Part shown: positions 1 to 13,030 of the stretch, piece by piece
Layout: every line of letters starts with the position of its first letter
Position numbering within the stretch: the stretch's first letter is position 1
Assembly: GCA_976551045.1 (NCBI GenBank)
Contig: CDPCPM010000012.1
Span: 6,696,001-6,760,000, forward strand
Length of the DNA stretch: 64,000 nt
Source: Glaucostegus cemiculus
Taxonomy: Eukaryota
Reading direction: 5' to 3'
Program-made: the position numbers and the translations under genes
Notes under the pieces: generated by a model
Database searches by the model: none
What the model was told of the DNA's origin: nothing
What the model saw: the letters and a program-made list of their open reading frames with translations, nothing else

Positions 1-169
1 CTGGCCACTAGTGCTAGAGAAACCCAGGTACTTATGCTAGGCCCCTGATGAGGCTCAGGTGTGTGTCATTATGCAATCAGTCCAGCATGGAATCCATGTG
101 CTGTACAACGAGGCATCTAAGGAGCCAAATCAAGGGCCAGTACTCAGAATCGTGACAGAACTGACTCTA

Positions 170-330
170 GTAATTAACATTCCAGTTTTTGTTGTCTTAC
201 ATTTATGCTAATCAATAGCTACATTTTTTTACATTACAACTGTAACTTCATTTCAAAAGTGCTTCCTTTTCTGTAAAACATTTTGGGATACACTGGGATT
301 ATGGTAGATCTATATATATTGATGCAAAAA
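170..330 (+). mobile_element. 3' part of a SacSINE1-like DeuSINE (L2-type tail), degenerate
   Basis: acattacaactgtaacttcatttcaaaagtgcttc...ctgtaaaacattttgggata...tatatat matches the recalled SacSINE1 3' end (acattacaacagtgactacacttcaaaagtacttc...ctgtaaagcgctttggga...gctatataaatgc). Confidence 0.55.
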
Positions 331-1199
331 AGAGAAACAGACATTGAAATTCAATCATAAACTGCAATGTGCATGTGCTTTTTTGATTGAATTTCCTTGA
401 AAAATCTCTCCTTAAAGCAAATTGTGGACTCACTGCATGAATTGTGATATCTATGACTTTCCGTCCAAGTTCTATTTATGTCTGACACACTAGAGCATGG
501 AGGCAACCATATATGGAAGGAAGCAAAATGCTCATCTGGATTTTCATTCCTACATGGTTGATTATGGACGACAGAGGCATTTAGGCAAATGCAACACTTC
601 ATCACAGAATGAAATGGCTCTTCCTGAGCACTTCCTAGACTGCAGACTCCAGCAATGGGAATTGACTTCAGGTAGATCTACATCAACTAAGGTATATCCA
701 TGGGTGTCCTAGTCACTCCTCCACTCAAATGTGATCCCAACTTCCAATGCAGCCACTGATTATGGCCCCACCCATTCCTGCTAATGCCCTGAAGTGGCAC
801 TCAAGATTCTGGCACCCAATGATTAACATCGTGATCCTTCTTCACCCCATTGCACAGTTTCCCACCCATAATTTTTTTTTTATCTCAAATCCCATAACCA
901 GCTGAGTCAGCAGTGAATAGACCTCTAAACATGTTAAACATGCAAGGCTGTTATATCGCCTGCAGCACCTTGGGCTTTATGTGCAAAGCAACTCTGTGAT
1001 CACAAACAAGTCATTGTTGCCTTACTACAGACCATGTATCTAACACTCATTTTTAGGTGCCCCAAAAACAAAATCCATGCTATAGTTGTTGATTAAACTT
1101 AATATTAGAATAAGGTACTGTTGCATGAAACACATAATTGTGTGAAATTTCTTTATCTGTCATCTTGTCAAAGACAGCTTGAAGGGAAGCATTGATTTT

Positions 1200-1270
1200 C
1201 TCAGTAGGATTTGAACCCACAGCCTTTTCACTAGGAGGCTAAAGTTCTACCTGTTGAGCCACAGCTGACA
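1200..1270 (-). mobile_element. tRNA-derived SINE head (SacSINE1-like)
   Basis: Minus strand reads tgtcagctgtggctcaacaggtag...gaaaaggctgtgggttcaaatcctact, with Pol III A-box (TGGCTCAACAGG) and B-box (GGTTCAAATCC) at tRNA spacing but no proper acceptor stem. Confidence 0.6.
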
Positions 1271-1623
1271 ATTTTGAATACTAAAGTAAAACTAAAATAT
1301 GATGAGACAAAAACAACTAGGGTCAAAGGAACATATTTTGTATCAGATGATGAAAAATGAAATGGAAAGATAAAGTCTTGGTTGTTATTTAATCATCAGT
1401 TTAGTACTTTTTCAAATTTCCAACTGTCTAGTGAATAGTTGTGGAAATAGCAATTAAGATCCTGAAACAACAGCAAAAACGATACAGAAAATAAAGTCAA
1501 CACTTTAGCTTAAACATTTTTCAAAACAGAAAGTTAACTATGACAAAATTTTGGGAGAAAAAATTAGATTAGAAGCAATTATTCATCAGGTAATAAAGAC
1601 AAAGCATAAAAGATTAACTTAAA

Positions 1624-1779
1624 NNNNNNNNNNNNNNNNNNNNNNNNNNNNNNNNNNNNNNNNNNNNNNNNNNNNNNNNNNNNNNNNNNNNNNNNNNNNN
1701 NNNNNNNNNNNNNNNNNNNNNNNNNNNNNNNNNNNNNNNNNNNNNNNNNNNNNNNNNNNNNNNNNNNNNNNNNNNNNNN
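1624..1779. other. assembly gap (N run)
   Basis: Run of N. Confidence 1.
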
Positions 1780-3347
1780 TGATTGTTCCTGCACATGAAA
1801 CTACAATGCATAATTTATTGTCAGAAAAGTGCTGTGTAAAGGGAACTGCACACCCTTCCCAGGCAGTTCTCTTGCCTGCAAATCAGCCTCCAAATATATT
1901 GTATTACTAAATTACAGAACAACGATCTGTATGATTCATTTTGAGCAGAGGCATATCTCTGTACTTCAATTCATGCACAAAGACTGAACACTGATTTTGT
2001 TTTTTTTAAAAAAAGTTAGTTGATATCTTCTGGTCTTTATGAGTCAAAAAATTATGATGAGGTTTTATCTCCATGACTCAAAATAACCAGAAAAATATTT
2101 TTACTTCAATTTGTACTGTGAGTGAACTCAAATTTTGTATAAAAGCATTTTGTATTTTTTTGTACATGTATGAGTCACAAAATTCTAACCTCATCCTGGC
2201 TGCGTGACTTGGTACTACAGTGCATTCTATTTCAGGTCATGTTGCCTTCTGTAAATTTAACTCTATGTCCTTACCATTGAGTTTACAAATCTATCTTGAT
2301 GAAAGGTTGAATTTGTCCTTTGATCTGAAAGGTAACAAAACAGTCTCTATTTTTGAATAAAATTCTAATTACAGCCATTAGAACTGATTATATGTAATAT
2401 ATTTACTATGATTATTTCTGAATTTGTGAAGCTTCATGTGATAATTTAATTGATACCATCTTCCCTGTCTCCAGCTACCAAATTTACATGATCTTATACT
2501 AAAACAGACTAAAATGCTTAATGTGATCAGCCAAGTATTTCAGAATCAGAAACAAAAGCAGGAATTCAAATGGGATATTGAAAATACTTCTCCAGTGTTA
2601 AAAGCCTGAGCAAATGATTAGCTAGTTTATCAATTGCAATGCATTACTAGAGAGTAAAATATTAAAACTTAGAGCATGTCAAATCCTATACTACAAACTC
2701 AAATGATTTATTAACATCATCTTAATTCTGAAATATGTTACTTTCTTAAAACATACCCCAGGGATTGTTACTTGACTAATGCATCATTAATGGTTAGTTA
2801 CTTTACTGTATTTTTTTATGGGGCACAGTTGTAATTGCCAGATTCCTTCTAGATAAAACTCTCCCTCTATATGTTGGTAAAGTCTCGGGAACTCTCCTTC
2901 CTAATTTCCAAAATAGAGTACTGGCCTCTAAATTTACCTACATCTGCATACTCCACTCCACCCCCTCCAACCTAAGTAAAATGGCACTGCATGGGAAACT
3001 CTTGCCAGTTTTATGCAAAGCTGCCGGAGAGTGATTTTCTAATATGCATAATATGTAATTGGTTGGATATGAAAGAATCACAAATTCCAGACATCCCATG
3101 CAATCATTCACAGAATATATGCATTAATTCAAAAGTCACACATGAAGCACAGAAATTAAAGCACAATGCCCTATCCAAACTCTTAAAGCAGTGTTTTACC
3201 ACATCTTCAAACAGTGGATAATTAATGGAACTGGCACAATGTCTCTCTAATGGATGATGGTATATGCTTTCATCAAAGCTGTACATATGGGGCAAAGATT
3301 GCCATGGCCAACGCCCTACTCCCAATTTCCCCACAGGAAAGAGGAAA

Positions 3348-4200
3348 CATCATCTTCTTCTTAGGCAGTCCCTCAGGATTAAGGATGACCTGCTTCTAGT
3401 TTTGTGGGTTCTGAAGTGACTGATGGGACCAATATTGGAACCCTTCCCTAGATGGGGCAGATCTAGTTTATGAGATGAATTATTTCTTTCAGTTAGGCAA
3501 GGCTTCTTCTGGACCTAAGGTCCTTAATATTATCCCAAATTCTCCTTCACTTTAACCAGCTATGAACCAGAGATTCCCAAGAGTCAGTGGGAACCTTTTG
3601 AAGCAGGAATTGAGCACATCCTTGAATCTTTTGTCTGCTTGGTAATATCTTGACAGAGTTTAGGACATAGTATTTCAGGTGTCTGTTGTCAGGTATGCCT
3701 GCCTAATAGAACCAACATTGTGTAATTAGGTCCTCATTGCTGAGAATATTGGCCTGATTCACTTGGTCAGTTCACTTGCCCTTCCAGTGAAGTTGGAGGA
3801 TTTGCAGAGACAGTGTTGGTGGTGTGTTTCTAGTGCTTTGAGGTGTCTACTGCAGGTAGTCCAAGTCTTAGAAACATATGGAGGGCAGCGCGCACTACAG
3901 CCCAGTTTTGGACTAGGTCTTGATCTTCAAACACCCTTTGCCTCAATTATGCTGGCACAGTGAAGGTGGATTTCATTACCAATGTCTGATGCTTCTGAGA
4001 AATAATTTGCACAATAAAGCAAGATGTCCATGTTTTCCAAAGTCTTGCCATGAAATTTTATTCACAGAGTGCAGTGTACAGAGGGTGCAGGCTGGTAGAG
4101 GCTATTGCCTTTTGACAATAAAGGTTTGTGGCAAGAACATGAAAGTGCCCATTTAGACTCCTGGTGAATTTGAGATGCCTCAGAATCTGGCTTCACGGCC
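3348..4200 (-). mobile_element. RTE-clade LINE, 5'-truncated 3' fragment
   Basis: Plus strand starts catcttcttcttaggcagtccctc (reverse of the RTE 3' tail). It continues with gatttgcagagacagtgttggtggtg...ttgaggtgtctactg...tcttcaaacac, the antisense of the RTE ORF C-terminal half. Confidence 0.8.
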
Positions 4201-4238
4201 AATCTTCCTAAGAGTGGAATAAAAACATGCTGGTAAGG

Positions 4239-4352
4239 AGTTCTGATGAAAGGTCTTCAACCTGTAATGTTAACTGTGTCTCCCTTTCCACTGCCTGACC
4301 TGCTGAATGTTTACAGCATTTTCTGTTTCCTTTTTTATTCTAGATTTCCAGC
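4239..4352 (+). mobile_element. Penelope-like element terminal fragment with degenerate hammerhead motif
   Basis: agttCTGATGAaaggtcttcaacctGTAAtgttaactg...ctgcctgacctgctgaatgtttacagcattttctgttt...agatttccagc, matching the common elasmobranch Penelope-type terminal repeat. Confidence 0.6.
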
Positions 4353-6228
4353 TTCTGTTTTTTTTTGATTTTCACTACCTAAATGTGGCTCAGGTAAGGA
4401 CAAGTCTTGCAACTTTCCTAGAAGCAGGTCTTCACTCACATTCTAAGACCAACTCTGGCATCTGTGGCACATACCGTTTCTTAAGCAGGTTTTAAAATAT
4501 TACAATAGCAGTCAATCAAACGTTGCACACCATCTGACATCACAGCTCTGCACTCAGCTGCCTCTATGGATGAGCACATCATATATATGGAGGACTGCGA
4601 TATAATTTCTAATTGCGAGCTTTGTGTGTGTGTGGAGAAAGCAAATGACTTTCAGATAAAAAGCTGTCAGGTAGCACAAGAAACATTGGGCTTTGCTGTA
4701 GAATTTCCAGCACTGAGTATCAGCTTTCAACAGGAAAATAATTCCATTATTTCAGTGAGCATTTTCAATTGAATTTCAGCAATGAAAATTTAAACAATAC
4801 TAAATTAACAGAAACACACACAATCTGATGCCAGTCTGATGGAAGACTGAGGACATATTTCATGGATCATTTTATAGATATTCAACAGTCTAGTAACCTG
4901 GGTTTGTAAACCTGCTTAATGTACATATTTGACTCCCATTTTGCAATTGGTTACCAGACGAAAGCGGTAATTTACTAATTATGCGAAGCATGACTCATGT
5001 ATTACTGATAACATTTTCAAAGCTAAGATCTGCAAGACACACACATAGAAAACCAGCATCTAATATTCAGAGAATAATGTTTGTTAAACGAAATATTTAA
5101 ACTTGCAGCAAATCTTAGTCCTTTTTCTTCAAATGCCTTTCTAATGTTTCTATACAATAGTTTAAATTTTACAGGGTTTAATTCTTTTTACATTAGGATA
5201 TTGAATTTCTCTCTTGGACAATGCACAAACAACATTTTGACAGACATAGTATGCAAAATGTACATGGGAATTTTGCTATTTTCCTCCTTTATTCCCGCCC
5301 AATTAATATGGATATCACAGCAAAATTCTAACCAGAACGCAACCCTGGTTTGTGCCCTATATTAAACATTATACTTTACTGTAGTGGCTGTCTGATACAA
5401 ATCATGGACGAATGTTATGATGTCAAGTGCTGCTGGTCTCAATGCTCCGGCAGGATGACAACATCTCGCTGGACATCTCCAATGGACTTGTCATGAAAGC
5501 ATCACAACCGTAGTCCTCAGTGAGTCTGGGACAATACAGATGATCAGACTGACCCCCCCACCCCACACCCTCCACACACACAATTTCTCCATCTCTCTGG
5601 TGAGCCCCCGCACCAGATTCTCTTTTCTATTGTCAGACTGCAGCCCACTGTTGCCTGGTGAGTCTCCCTGTGACACACATCCCACTAACCTAGCCTGCTT
5701 ATCTCTCATGCTATTCACTGAGGTAACGTTGCAGGATGTCAGCCTCTTAGCTGTCATCATCGACCCATCCCCTCGTCTCCATCTTCTATTCCCCCCTGCT
5801 CCTCTGACATCATCTTCTGGGGAGGGGGAAGATAATTGTGCTTCTAAGTTGCAACCAAAACACCTTTATTATGATACAAAACACAGGTGGCAATGAGGGT
5901 GTCTACTGTCGAACAAATTAAAGGGGATCTAGAGATTTAGTGATGACAATGAAACATTGTCTCTAGCAGATTGCATTCTGATCTTCCCTTGCTCCTGAGC
6001 TGCTTTGGGTCTTGATCACCTCTCTGCCTATCAAATGCAGGATGGTCTTTTTCACATGCGACAGCCCTCCTTCATGTAAGAAACCTCCTTCTTATTCCTT
6101 TTTGTCTTTATCTAAGTGGGGGAGATGAAGGACATTGAGTAAACTTTTCATTACCATCCTTTAGGCAGCTAGACCTTTGGATGTAGGGTCTAAATGAAAT
6201 AGTGTCAATGATGGACTGAGTATGAATT

Positions 6229-6372
6229 NNNNNNNNNNNNNNNNNNNNNNNNNNNNNNNNNNNNNNNNNNNNNNNNNNNNNNNNNNNNNNNNNNNNNNNN
6301 NNNNNNNNNNNNNNNNNNNNNNNNNNNNNNNNNNNNNNNNNNNNNNNNNNNNNNNNNNNNNNNNNNNNNNNN
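6229..6372. other. assembly gap (N run)
   Basis: Run of N. Confidence 1.
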
Positions 6373-6769
6373 AAGTGTCAGAATGATAGATTAACAAAGT
6401 GTTATCAGCTTTTCTAAACTGAGTTTGGTCATGTCAGGAACCACATAGGTCCCATCTTAGTTCCTTATTCTGGGCATAAACCACCATAACATAGTTTCCA
6501 ATGCACTGTGGGCCAATTTCATAACTCCTTGCTACTTGGGATCCAATTGGATCCACACAGCACCTGTCTAGCACTCTGGGCCAGGGTGAAGTCCAATTAT
6601 GTGGCATATGCATTTTAAATCACAGTATCAATCCATCAACTGCAAGTTTAAATTACTGAAAAACAATTTATTAAAACAAATATGGAACTATTTTCGAGCT
6701 GGATTGGAAAAAGATTCATCAAAAACTTTGAAAGTATACCTATGCATCCAAAAGATTTAATTTAAACTT

Positions 6770-8130
6770 TAGGCCAGTGAATGATCACAATTAGCTTTCT
6801 CTGTCATTCAGTAAGATTTTGATTGATCTCACCATGACATCAGATCCACTTTCCTGTATGTTCTGCAATACTATTAACCCACTACATGGACCAAAAATCT
6901 GTCCATATCCTCCTTGAATACATTTAAAGATTCATTCTCCACAGTTCTCTGCAGAAGAGAATTCCAATGACTCATAACTCTCTGAGAGAAGAAATTCTTC
7001 CTCATCTCCATGTGAATGGCTGACCTCTTTTCCTATATTATGCTCTCTAGAATCTACCTTGTCTAGCCCCTTCAGAATTTTGTGTTTCGTACAGATCATC
7101 TGTCAGTTCTCTAAATAGGTTCCCTAAATAGAACCATGAGTCATACAGCATAGACTCAATGACTCCTCGCCGACCATTGGGGTCCAAACCATGTTGATCC
7201 CATATTCCAGCACTTGTTACATAGCCTTCAATGCATAGGTGGATTCAAGTGCTCATCTAGATACCTCTTAAGTGCTGTCACCAACTCTGCTTCCACCACT
7301 CTATCCAATAGTGCGTTCCTGGTACTCACCACTCTCTGTGTGAAGATGGTACCCCTCAAATCCCTCTAAACCTCTGACCCTTTACCCTTTACTCATTAGA
7401 CAAATTTATCATAGTAGGAATCAACTTAGCGGACCTTCTCTAAAAACCTTCAATGCAGGAGTCTCACTCCTTAAATAAGGAGACTACATTGGTACATAGT
7501 ACTCCAAAGGCAGACTAACTAAGGCCATATTGCAGATACAGAAAGACTTTGCTATTTTTACTTTTATCCTCTTTCCAAAAAAAGGCAACATTTCATTCGT
7601 CTTCCTAATTTCTGCAAACTTGCTTTCTGTGTTGCAGGTACAAGGAGATATAAACCCAACTATAGAATAGTTTGGTCTATTTAAATAATACTGTTTTTGT
7701 TCTTCCTACTAAAGTGGATTTTTCCACATAATATTCTATCTGCCATATTTTTGTGCCCCTGTGCAGATGCTTTGTGTTCCCACAATTCAATTTCCCATCC
7801 ATTTTTGAACTGTCAGCAAATTTGGCTACAATACACATGTTTCTTCGACTATCATTGATATACATTGTAAATGGTTGGGATCTAGAGCTGATACCAGTGA
7901 CACCACATTAATTACAGCCTGCCAACATGAAAATAACCTATTATCCTGTCTCTTTGTTTTTTGTTGATTCACCAATCTTCTATCCATTCTGTTACATTAT
8001 TCTCAATGTCATGAACTCTTAGCTTGTGTATAATGTTTCATGTGGCATTTTATTGTATGTCTTCTGGAAATTTGTTAGTTTCTCTTTTATCCACCCTGCT
8101 CATTACATCCATTAAGTCTAACTAGGTCCA
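6770..8130 (-). mobile_element. CR1 LINE fragment (RT to 3' end), interrupted at ~7128-7392
   Basis: ORF 7677..7865 reads YINDS...VAKFADSSK (CR1 YIND..KFADDTK motif). CR1 3' region antisense present (gagaattcca...ctctctgagagaagaaattcttcctcatctc). Confidence 0.85.
7128..7392 (-). mobile_element. second CR1/HER1 3' fragment nested in the older CR1
   Basis: A new tail (atagaaccatgagtcatacagcataga) followed by caccactctctgtgtgaaga...cccctcaaatcc; the host CR1 resumes afterwards. Confidence 0.75.
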
Positions 8131-8429
8131 TTGCAGAATGTAGGAATTTACACACAGGATACGTGGAGAGGTCAGGCTAGATGTGGTTAACTTATCCAAG
8201 GGCTCTTCACAGACTCTCTTGGAAACTTCCTATGTATACAGTTGAAGCCTGTAGAATGGTGAGTCACATAATCCTTAACAGAGTGAAAGCCTTAAAGCAA
8301 CAACAATCAGCCTTAAAGCACAATTTATCAAGTCTCCAGATGTTGTGATCTTCACAGATGTGTTGGTGTTATTTTTGTTGAGCTCACATATTCACCAGAT
8401 GCTGCCGGACTCAGTGACTTATTTGACTC

Positions 8430-9505
8430 TTGTCAGGAAGATTATATTTGTCCTCCTTAAACAATTGTGAAATTCCCTCCAGGACTGTCTTTATTCTGAC
8501 AATCAGCTTCACTATTCTCCTGCGGGCTATGCGCTGGGATAAAATGGTCTTCATGTCCTCTTCTGAATTTCCTACCAATCTTTATATTTTGTACCTTATC
8601 ATTTTTAGAGGCCAGTTCCATTGATGTAGCTACCTTGCACACCGGTTTGAATATTTTATCTAGTGTATTTAGTAAGTTGACTGGAAGTAGTCATCAATTA
8701 GTCCATACACAAACGTATTTTGCAGCATAAGACCTAAGAACACACCAATGATCCAAAACCTTGACAAATCTTTTGGAATGATTATGCTATTGTTAATTTC
8801 TCTCCTGACCTCTGATTACAAGTTCTGATCTTATTACCTCTCACCGTTTCTCTTGGTGCTGGATTGAAATAATTATGCAGCTTTTTTATCATTTTGTTCA
8901 ATAAAATGTGTTAAGTTGGTCAATTTTGCATAAGTTTTTGTTCCTATTTCTATTGACTAGATCAACTTCTTGCATTTGGGCATGGTCTCAGTCTGAGCAT
9001 TTTTTTTTCTCGATCTTTTCTTTGATCATTGCTATTCATCCTAAAAATTATCTTTGTTTCTTCAATGTATGAATGGCTTACATGTTTTGAAGTCTATTCA
9101 AATTTCCAATGTAACAAATTTAAAATCAGGCTGTCATTTGGTACTATAATTACTTTAATAGTTACTCAGCTTATCTTTTTGTTCACACCAAGTTTGCAAG
9201 TTCTACCCTTTTCTTTGTGCTCCAGTCTACACCTTCAATTTGTTGCAATCAAAGCTTTCCAAACATCCCACCAAGCAGATATGCCGTCACTCGATGTTCG
9301 TGACAATTTAGATGCCTTTTGTGGCTGTGGTTCTTTGGCATTCCATTCTCATTGCCACCGTGGAATATGTGTGTCCAATGGGTTCTGAACCACAAATAAA
9401 GTCCATGACAAAGTGTACACACTGATACATGTGAGGCACAAAGAGCTCAAAGCAAACCTGTGTACTTATTCAAGTGCTCCTCACTCACGTCTCAGGGATA
9501 TTGCA
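8430..9505 (-). mobile_element. Ty3/Gypsy (Mag-like) LTR retrotransposon fossil: gag remnant, PBS and possible short 5' LTR
   Basis: Minus-strand gag landmarks occur in the expected order: EIGTKTY (8928-8950), LHNYFNPAP (8854-8880), FVYGL (8699-8713), ATSMELAS (8607-8630). PBS-like TGGCAATGAGAATGGAAT at 9357-9340. Putative LTR 9361-9505 bounded by TGGAATAT...ATATTGCA. Confidence 0.65.
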
Positions 9506-10559
9506 TACATATCACTGGGATATTCATTGCAGCCCAAGGATCAGTTAGTCATATGGCACAATCATTAAGAGGGAGAGAAACAAAAAGAAAAAATATATTG
9601 TTCATAACTAATGCTGTATATACCACCATAATTAATGAATGTATATCAAGCAAAGGTAACTTTGCCCTATATATTTTATATATAATTGTAGACCATTTGT
9701 AAAGCCATACTGGGAACAAGAGTGTTTCACTTCCCTGAAGTACTCTACCTGTGTTTGAGATAGTTGCATCTGAGGGTCTTTCTGCTGACCATGACCAATG
9801 TTTCCATTGGAGACTTCTTTCAATTTTTGACTGCAACAAGTGCCTGGAGCTTGCAGGGTGCTCTGAGAGATGCTAATAGTTCTGTTGACAATGAGCTAAG
9901 TTAGTGACTTCATTTTGTAAGCAGACCCTGTGAGGTCAAAATCAAATGACCCTCAACTGAAAGAGGAACTGAGGTGACATTCCCCTTCTAGCATGAACTC
10001 CTCCCTCCACTGGCCCCTCCTTGTGTATGTATGGGGTTCACTCAGAGCTACATTCCTGCGTTTCAATGTCCTTTTTATTCATGACCTCTACCACAGAGAA
10101 CCCAGGCTTATTTTCACAGACAAACCAAGAAATAGAGTGCACTCTAAATGACAAGTGAATGCATTGCCATCATAGGGAGTTTTGCCACTTGTATCTGCTT
10201 CTTTTTCCAAAACACTGCCTCACATCATTGATAGACCTGCCTTATCACATCTCCTTTCAACTGGTTAGATGTTTCTTGGCTTTCTAACACCCCCTAGCAC
10301 AGTGGTGTTTTGGTGCTGTCTAAAGTTGGTGGAAGTCAAATTAGATATCAGCTTGATCAGAAACACAGGGCTTGCTGTTCGAAAGGTAAGGCAGATGTTG
10401 GCATAATATTTGGTCCACTTGCAGCTGCAAGGAAGACCAATATTGCTGCTCTATGATTGAGCCTTTCCTTGTATTTTAATGGCCAAATGGGGGATAAGTT
10501 GTGTCAGAAAATGAAAGGATATTTTGTTATGATTCAACAGGTACACTAAGCAACTTATA

Positions 10560-13030
10560 AACACTAAAAAAGGTCTTAAAGCCATAGAGAAAATTGTATC
10601 AGATTAAGATGGATTCAATATCAGAAGGCATAACAGTATTATAAAGCAAGCATAAGAAATTCTGAATTGAATATAGCAAAAGAAGCAAAAGTAAATAAGG
10701 CTTTTGTGATTCTATTAGGAAAACCAGAGGTGGAGTAGGACATTGAAACTGGAGTTAGTTGAGAGACTGGCAGTTGATGCTACACATTCGGCAAAAACGT
10801 TAAATAATTTTATTGCCTCTGTTTTTATCAAGGAGGAGACATAATTTATTTTATCTGAAAGGGGAATGAGGGTGTTGCAGAGGTAAGTTGTGACACCATT
10901 CGGATTACAACTTGAATGGTTGCTGAACAGCTGTGCAAATTTAAAGTAAATAAATCCCGTGAGTCGGATAAGATGTATTCGAGGATCATTAAGGAAGTAA
11001 GGAAGGAAATTGCAGGAACTCTGGCACAAGTCTTTCAGAAATCACTGAATACTGGAGATGTGCCTGGGGAATAGAGAAAGGCAGATGTTACTCCTGCTTT
11101 TTTGAAACAAAAGGTAGAAAAAATGGCCAAGGAGTCTGCACACTGTTACTTTATTGTAGGTAAAGTCTTGGAATCATTTATCAAAGAGAACAGGAAGGAG
11201 TTTGTGAATGTAAGTAATATCTAAAGCCAGAAAGAATATGCATTCATGAAAAAAGAACTTAATCTTCTGTTTTGCTTTGAGTTTATGCCGGAGGTGCTTG
11301 ATAGAGACATGGCAGACAATGTACTAGTCTTACATTTAAGCAAACCCAATAATACTGTTATTCTGGGAAGGATAGTACCAAAAGTAAAGTGAAAATGTGT
11401 TGCAATAGATAACCAACAGAATGCTGAGGATGATTGGACATGGGTTGTCATCAGCTTGGGAGACTGTCACCACTGGGGCTCCACAGGGATCTAGTGTGGG
11501 TCCATTTCTTTGGTTCATATCTTCAAAACAGACTTAGTTGTTAAGATCTCAAGTACAGTGGATGCCAAATCTGCAGAAGATGAAGATGGTAGACAGCCAA
11601 GCTAAACAGGATAAACCAGAGGAGAGTTTGATTGCTTTTTGAGAATTTGTTCTTGGAAGATGGAAATAGAATAATACCAAATGCATGGAAATTGTTTGAG
11701 GATCTGATACATTGGTTATGAGATTGATTAGCTCCAGGTATTTTTGCTGTTTAGTACTCATGCAGAATAAGGAGGCATTTAGGGAAGGTGGATAGCAGCA
11801 GGGAGACTGAGGGATCGGGGAATGAGTGACAGAAAGAATCAAGGTTGGAGGGAGGATGCAAGGAAATGGGCTGCAGAAAATATTGAAGGGAGACTCATAT
11901 GTCAGTTCCCATCTGTCTGTGNNNNNNNNNNNNNNNNNNNNNNNNNNNNNNNNNNNNNNNNNNNNNNNNNNNNNNNNNNNNNNNNNNNNNNNNNNNNNNN
12001 NNNNNNNNNNNNNNNNNNNNNNNNNNNNNNNNNNNNNNNNNNNNNNNNNNNNNNNNNNNNGTAAATGCTCCAATCACCTTGGAACTCCTTGCCATTTAAC
12101 CAAAACATCACTTCATCAAGACTGTGTGGTAACTGGTGTGCAACAACTACCCCATGTTAAAGAATTCACACACAGGCACCTTTCACTCCTCAGAACTAAG
12201 GTGGAAGCAAATCATTCTCAATCTGAGCAGCTGCCAAAGAAGAAGAAAATCACAAGGAAAGTCAATGACAGTGATTAAATCAAGGCAAGTAATAAAGATC
12301 AACATCAAACCAAAATTTTGAGTTTACTCTGCCACATGTGATCATTGGTGTGACCACATTTGAGAAATTCTTCATTGCTTACACTGTCAGAGTACAAAAA
12401 GAAAATGACTAAGATAATGCAAAAGATTGAATCTAAAATAATCATAAGGTTGGAGGGATTGCACTAGGCTGGGTGATTATATTAAAAAAATATGTTCCCA
12501 TTAGGAGAGACGAGATTGAGGAGTGATTATTGTTATAAGATTGCTAAGGATACCAGCTAATGTAGACCAGAGCAAACTATTTCACTTTGTCCAACACAGT
12601 AAATCAGAGGACATGGTCTATGATTGAATGGGGGTAAATTCTAAACTAATCTGCTGAAGTACTATTTCAGTGAGTGAGTAGTAAATCTGTTCAATAGATT
12701 CCATAGGGAGATGGTGAAAGAAGATTGCGTTAATTCATTTAAATGCAAATTAGATTGATTTCTTTCAGAAAATAATATTTTGGGATAGAATATGACTAAT
12801 TTGAGACATGACATATGGTCCACTTGGAAGGAAGAGGTGACTTTGGACCTGTTCCCAAAGTTTTCCACCACTACAGATTTTATTTGCCTGGCATCTACGT
12901 CTATTGTAGACTAAATGGTAGCAAATTATTTCCAATGATTAGTCAGCTACACCTTATTGTTATGTTACCAGTAACCAGGATGGTAGATGGACCTTGTTCT
13001 TTCCACATCGAGCAACTGTTATGTCCCTAT
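10560..13030 (+). mobile_element. old CR1 LINE (RT through 3' UTR), fragmented, spanning the third gap
   Basis: EIAGTLAQVFQKSLNTGDVP..KADVTP at ~11005-11095; actggggctccacagggatctagtgtgggtcca (GxPQGSVxGP) at ~11472; C-terminal ...RGH...YFSERVVNL... antisense-free sense remnant at 12.6-12.75 kb. Confidence 0.75.
11922..12060. other. assembly gap (N run)
   Basis: Run of N following ctgtctgtg, possibly a collapsed microsatellite. Confidence 1.

Noticed and set aside
1200-1270. tRNA gene
   Set aside because: A and B boxes are present but there is no paired acceptor stem or clean cloverleaf; it fits a SINE head.
6539-6554. 16-bp perfect palindrome GGATCCAATTGGATCC
   Set aside because: About one palindrome of this length is expected by chance in 64 kb, and there is no supporting context.
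11549-12278. Long ORFs crossing the N gap (also at 1579-1811 and 6161-6397)
   Set aside because: Their length is an artefact of Ns translating without stops.
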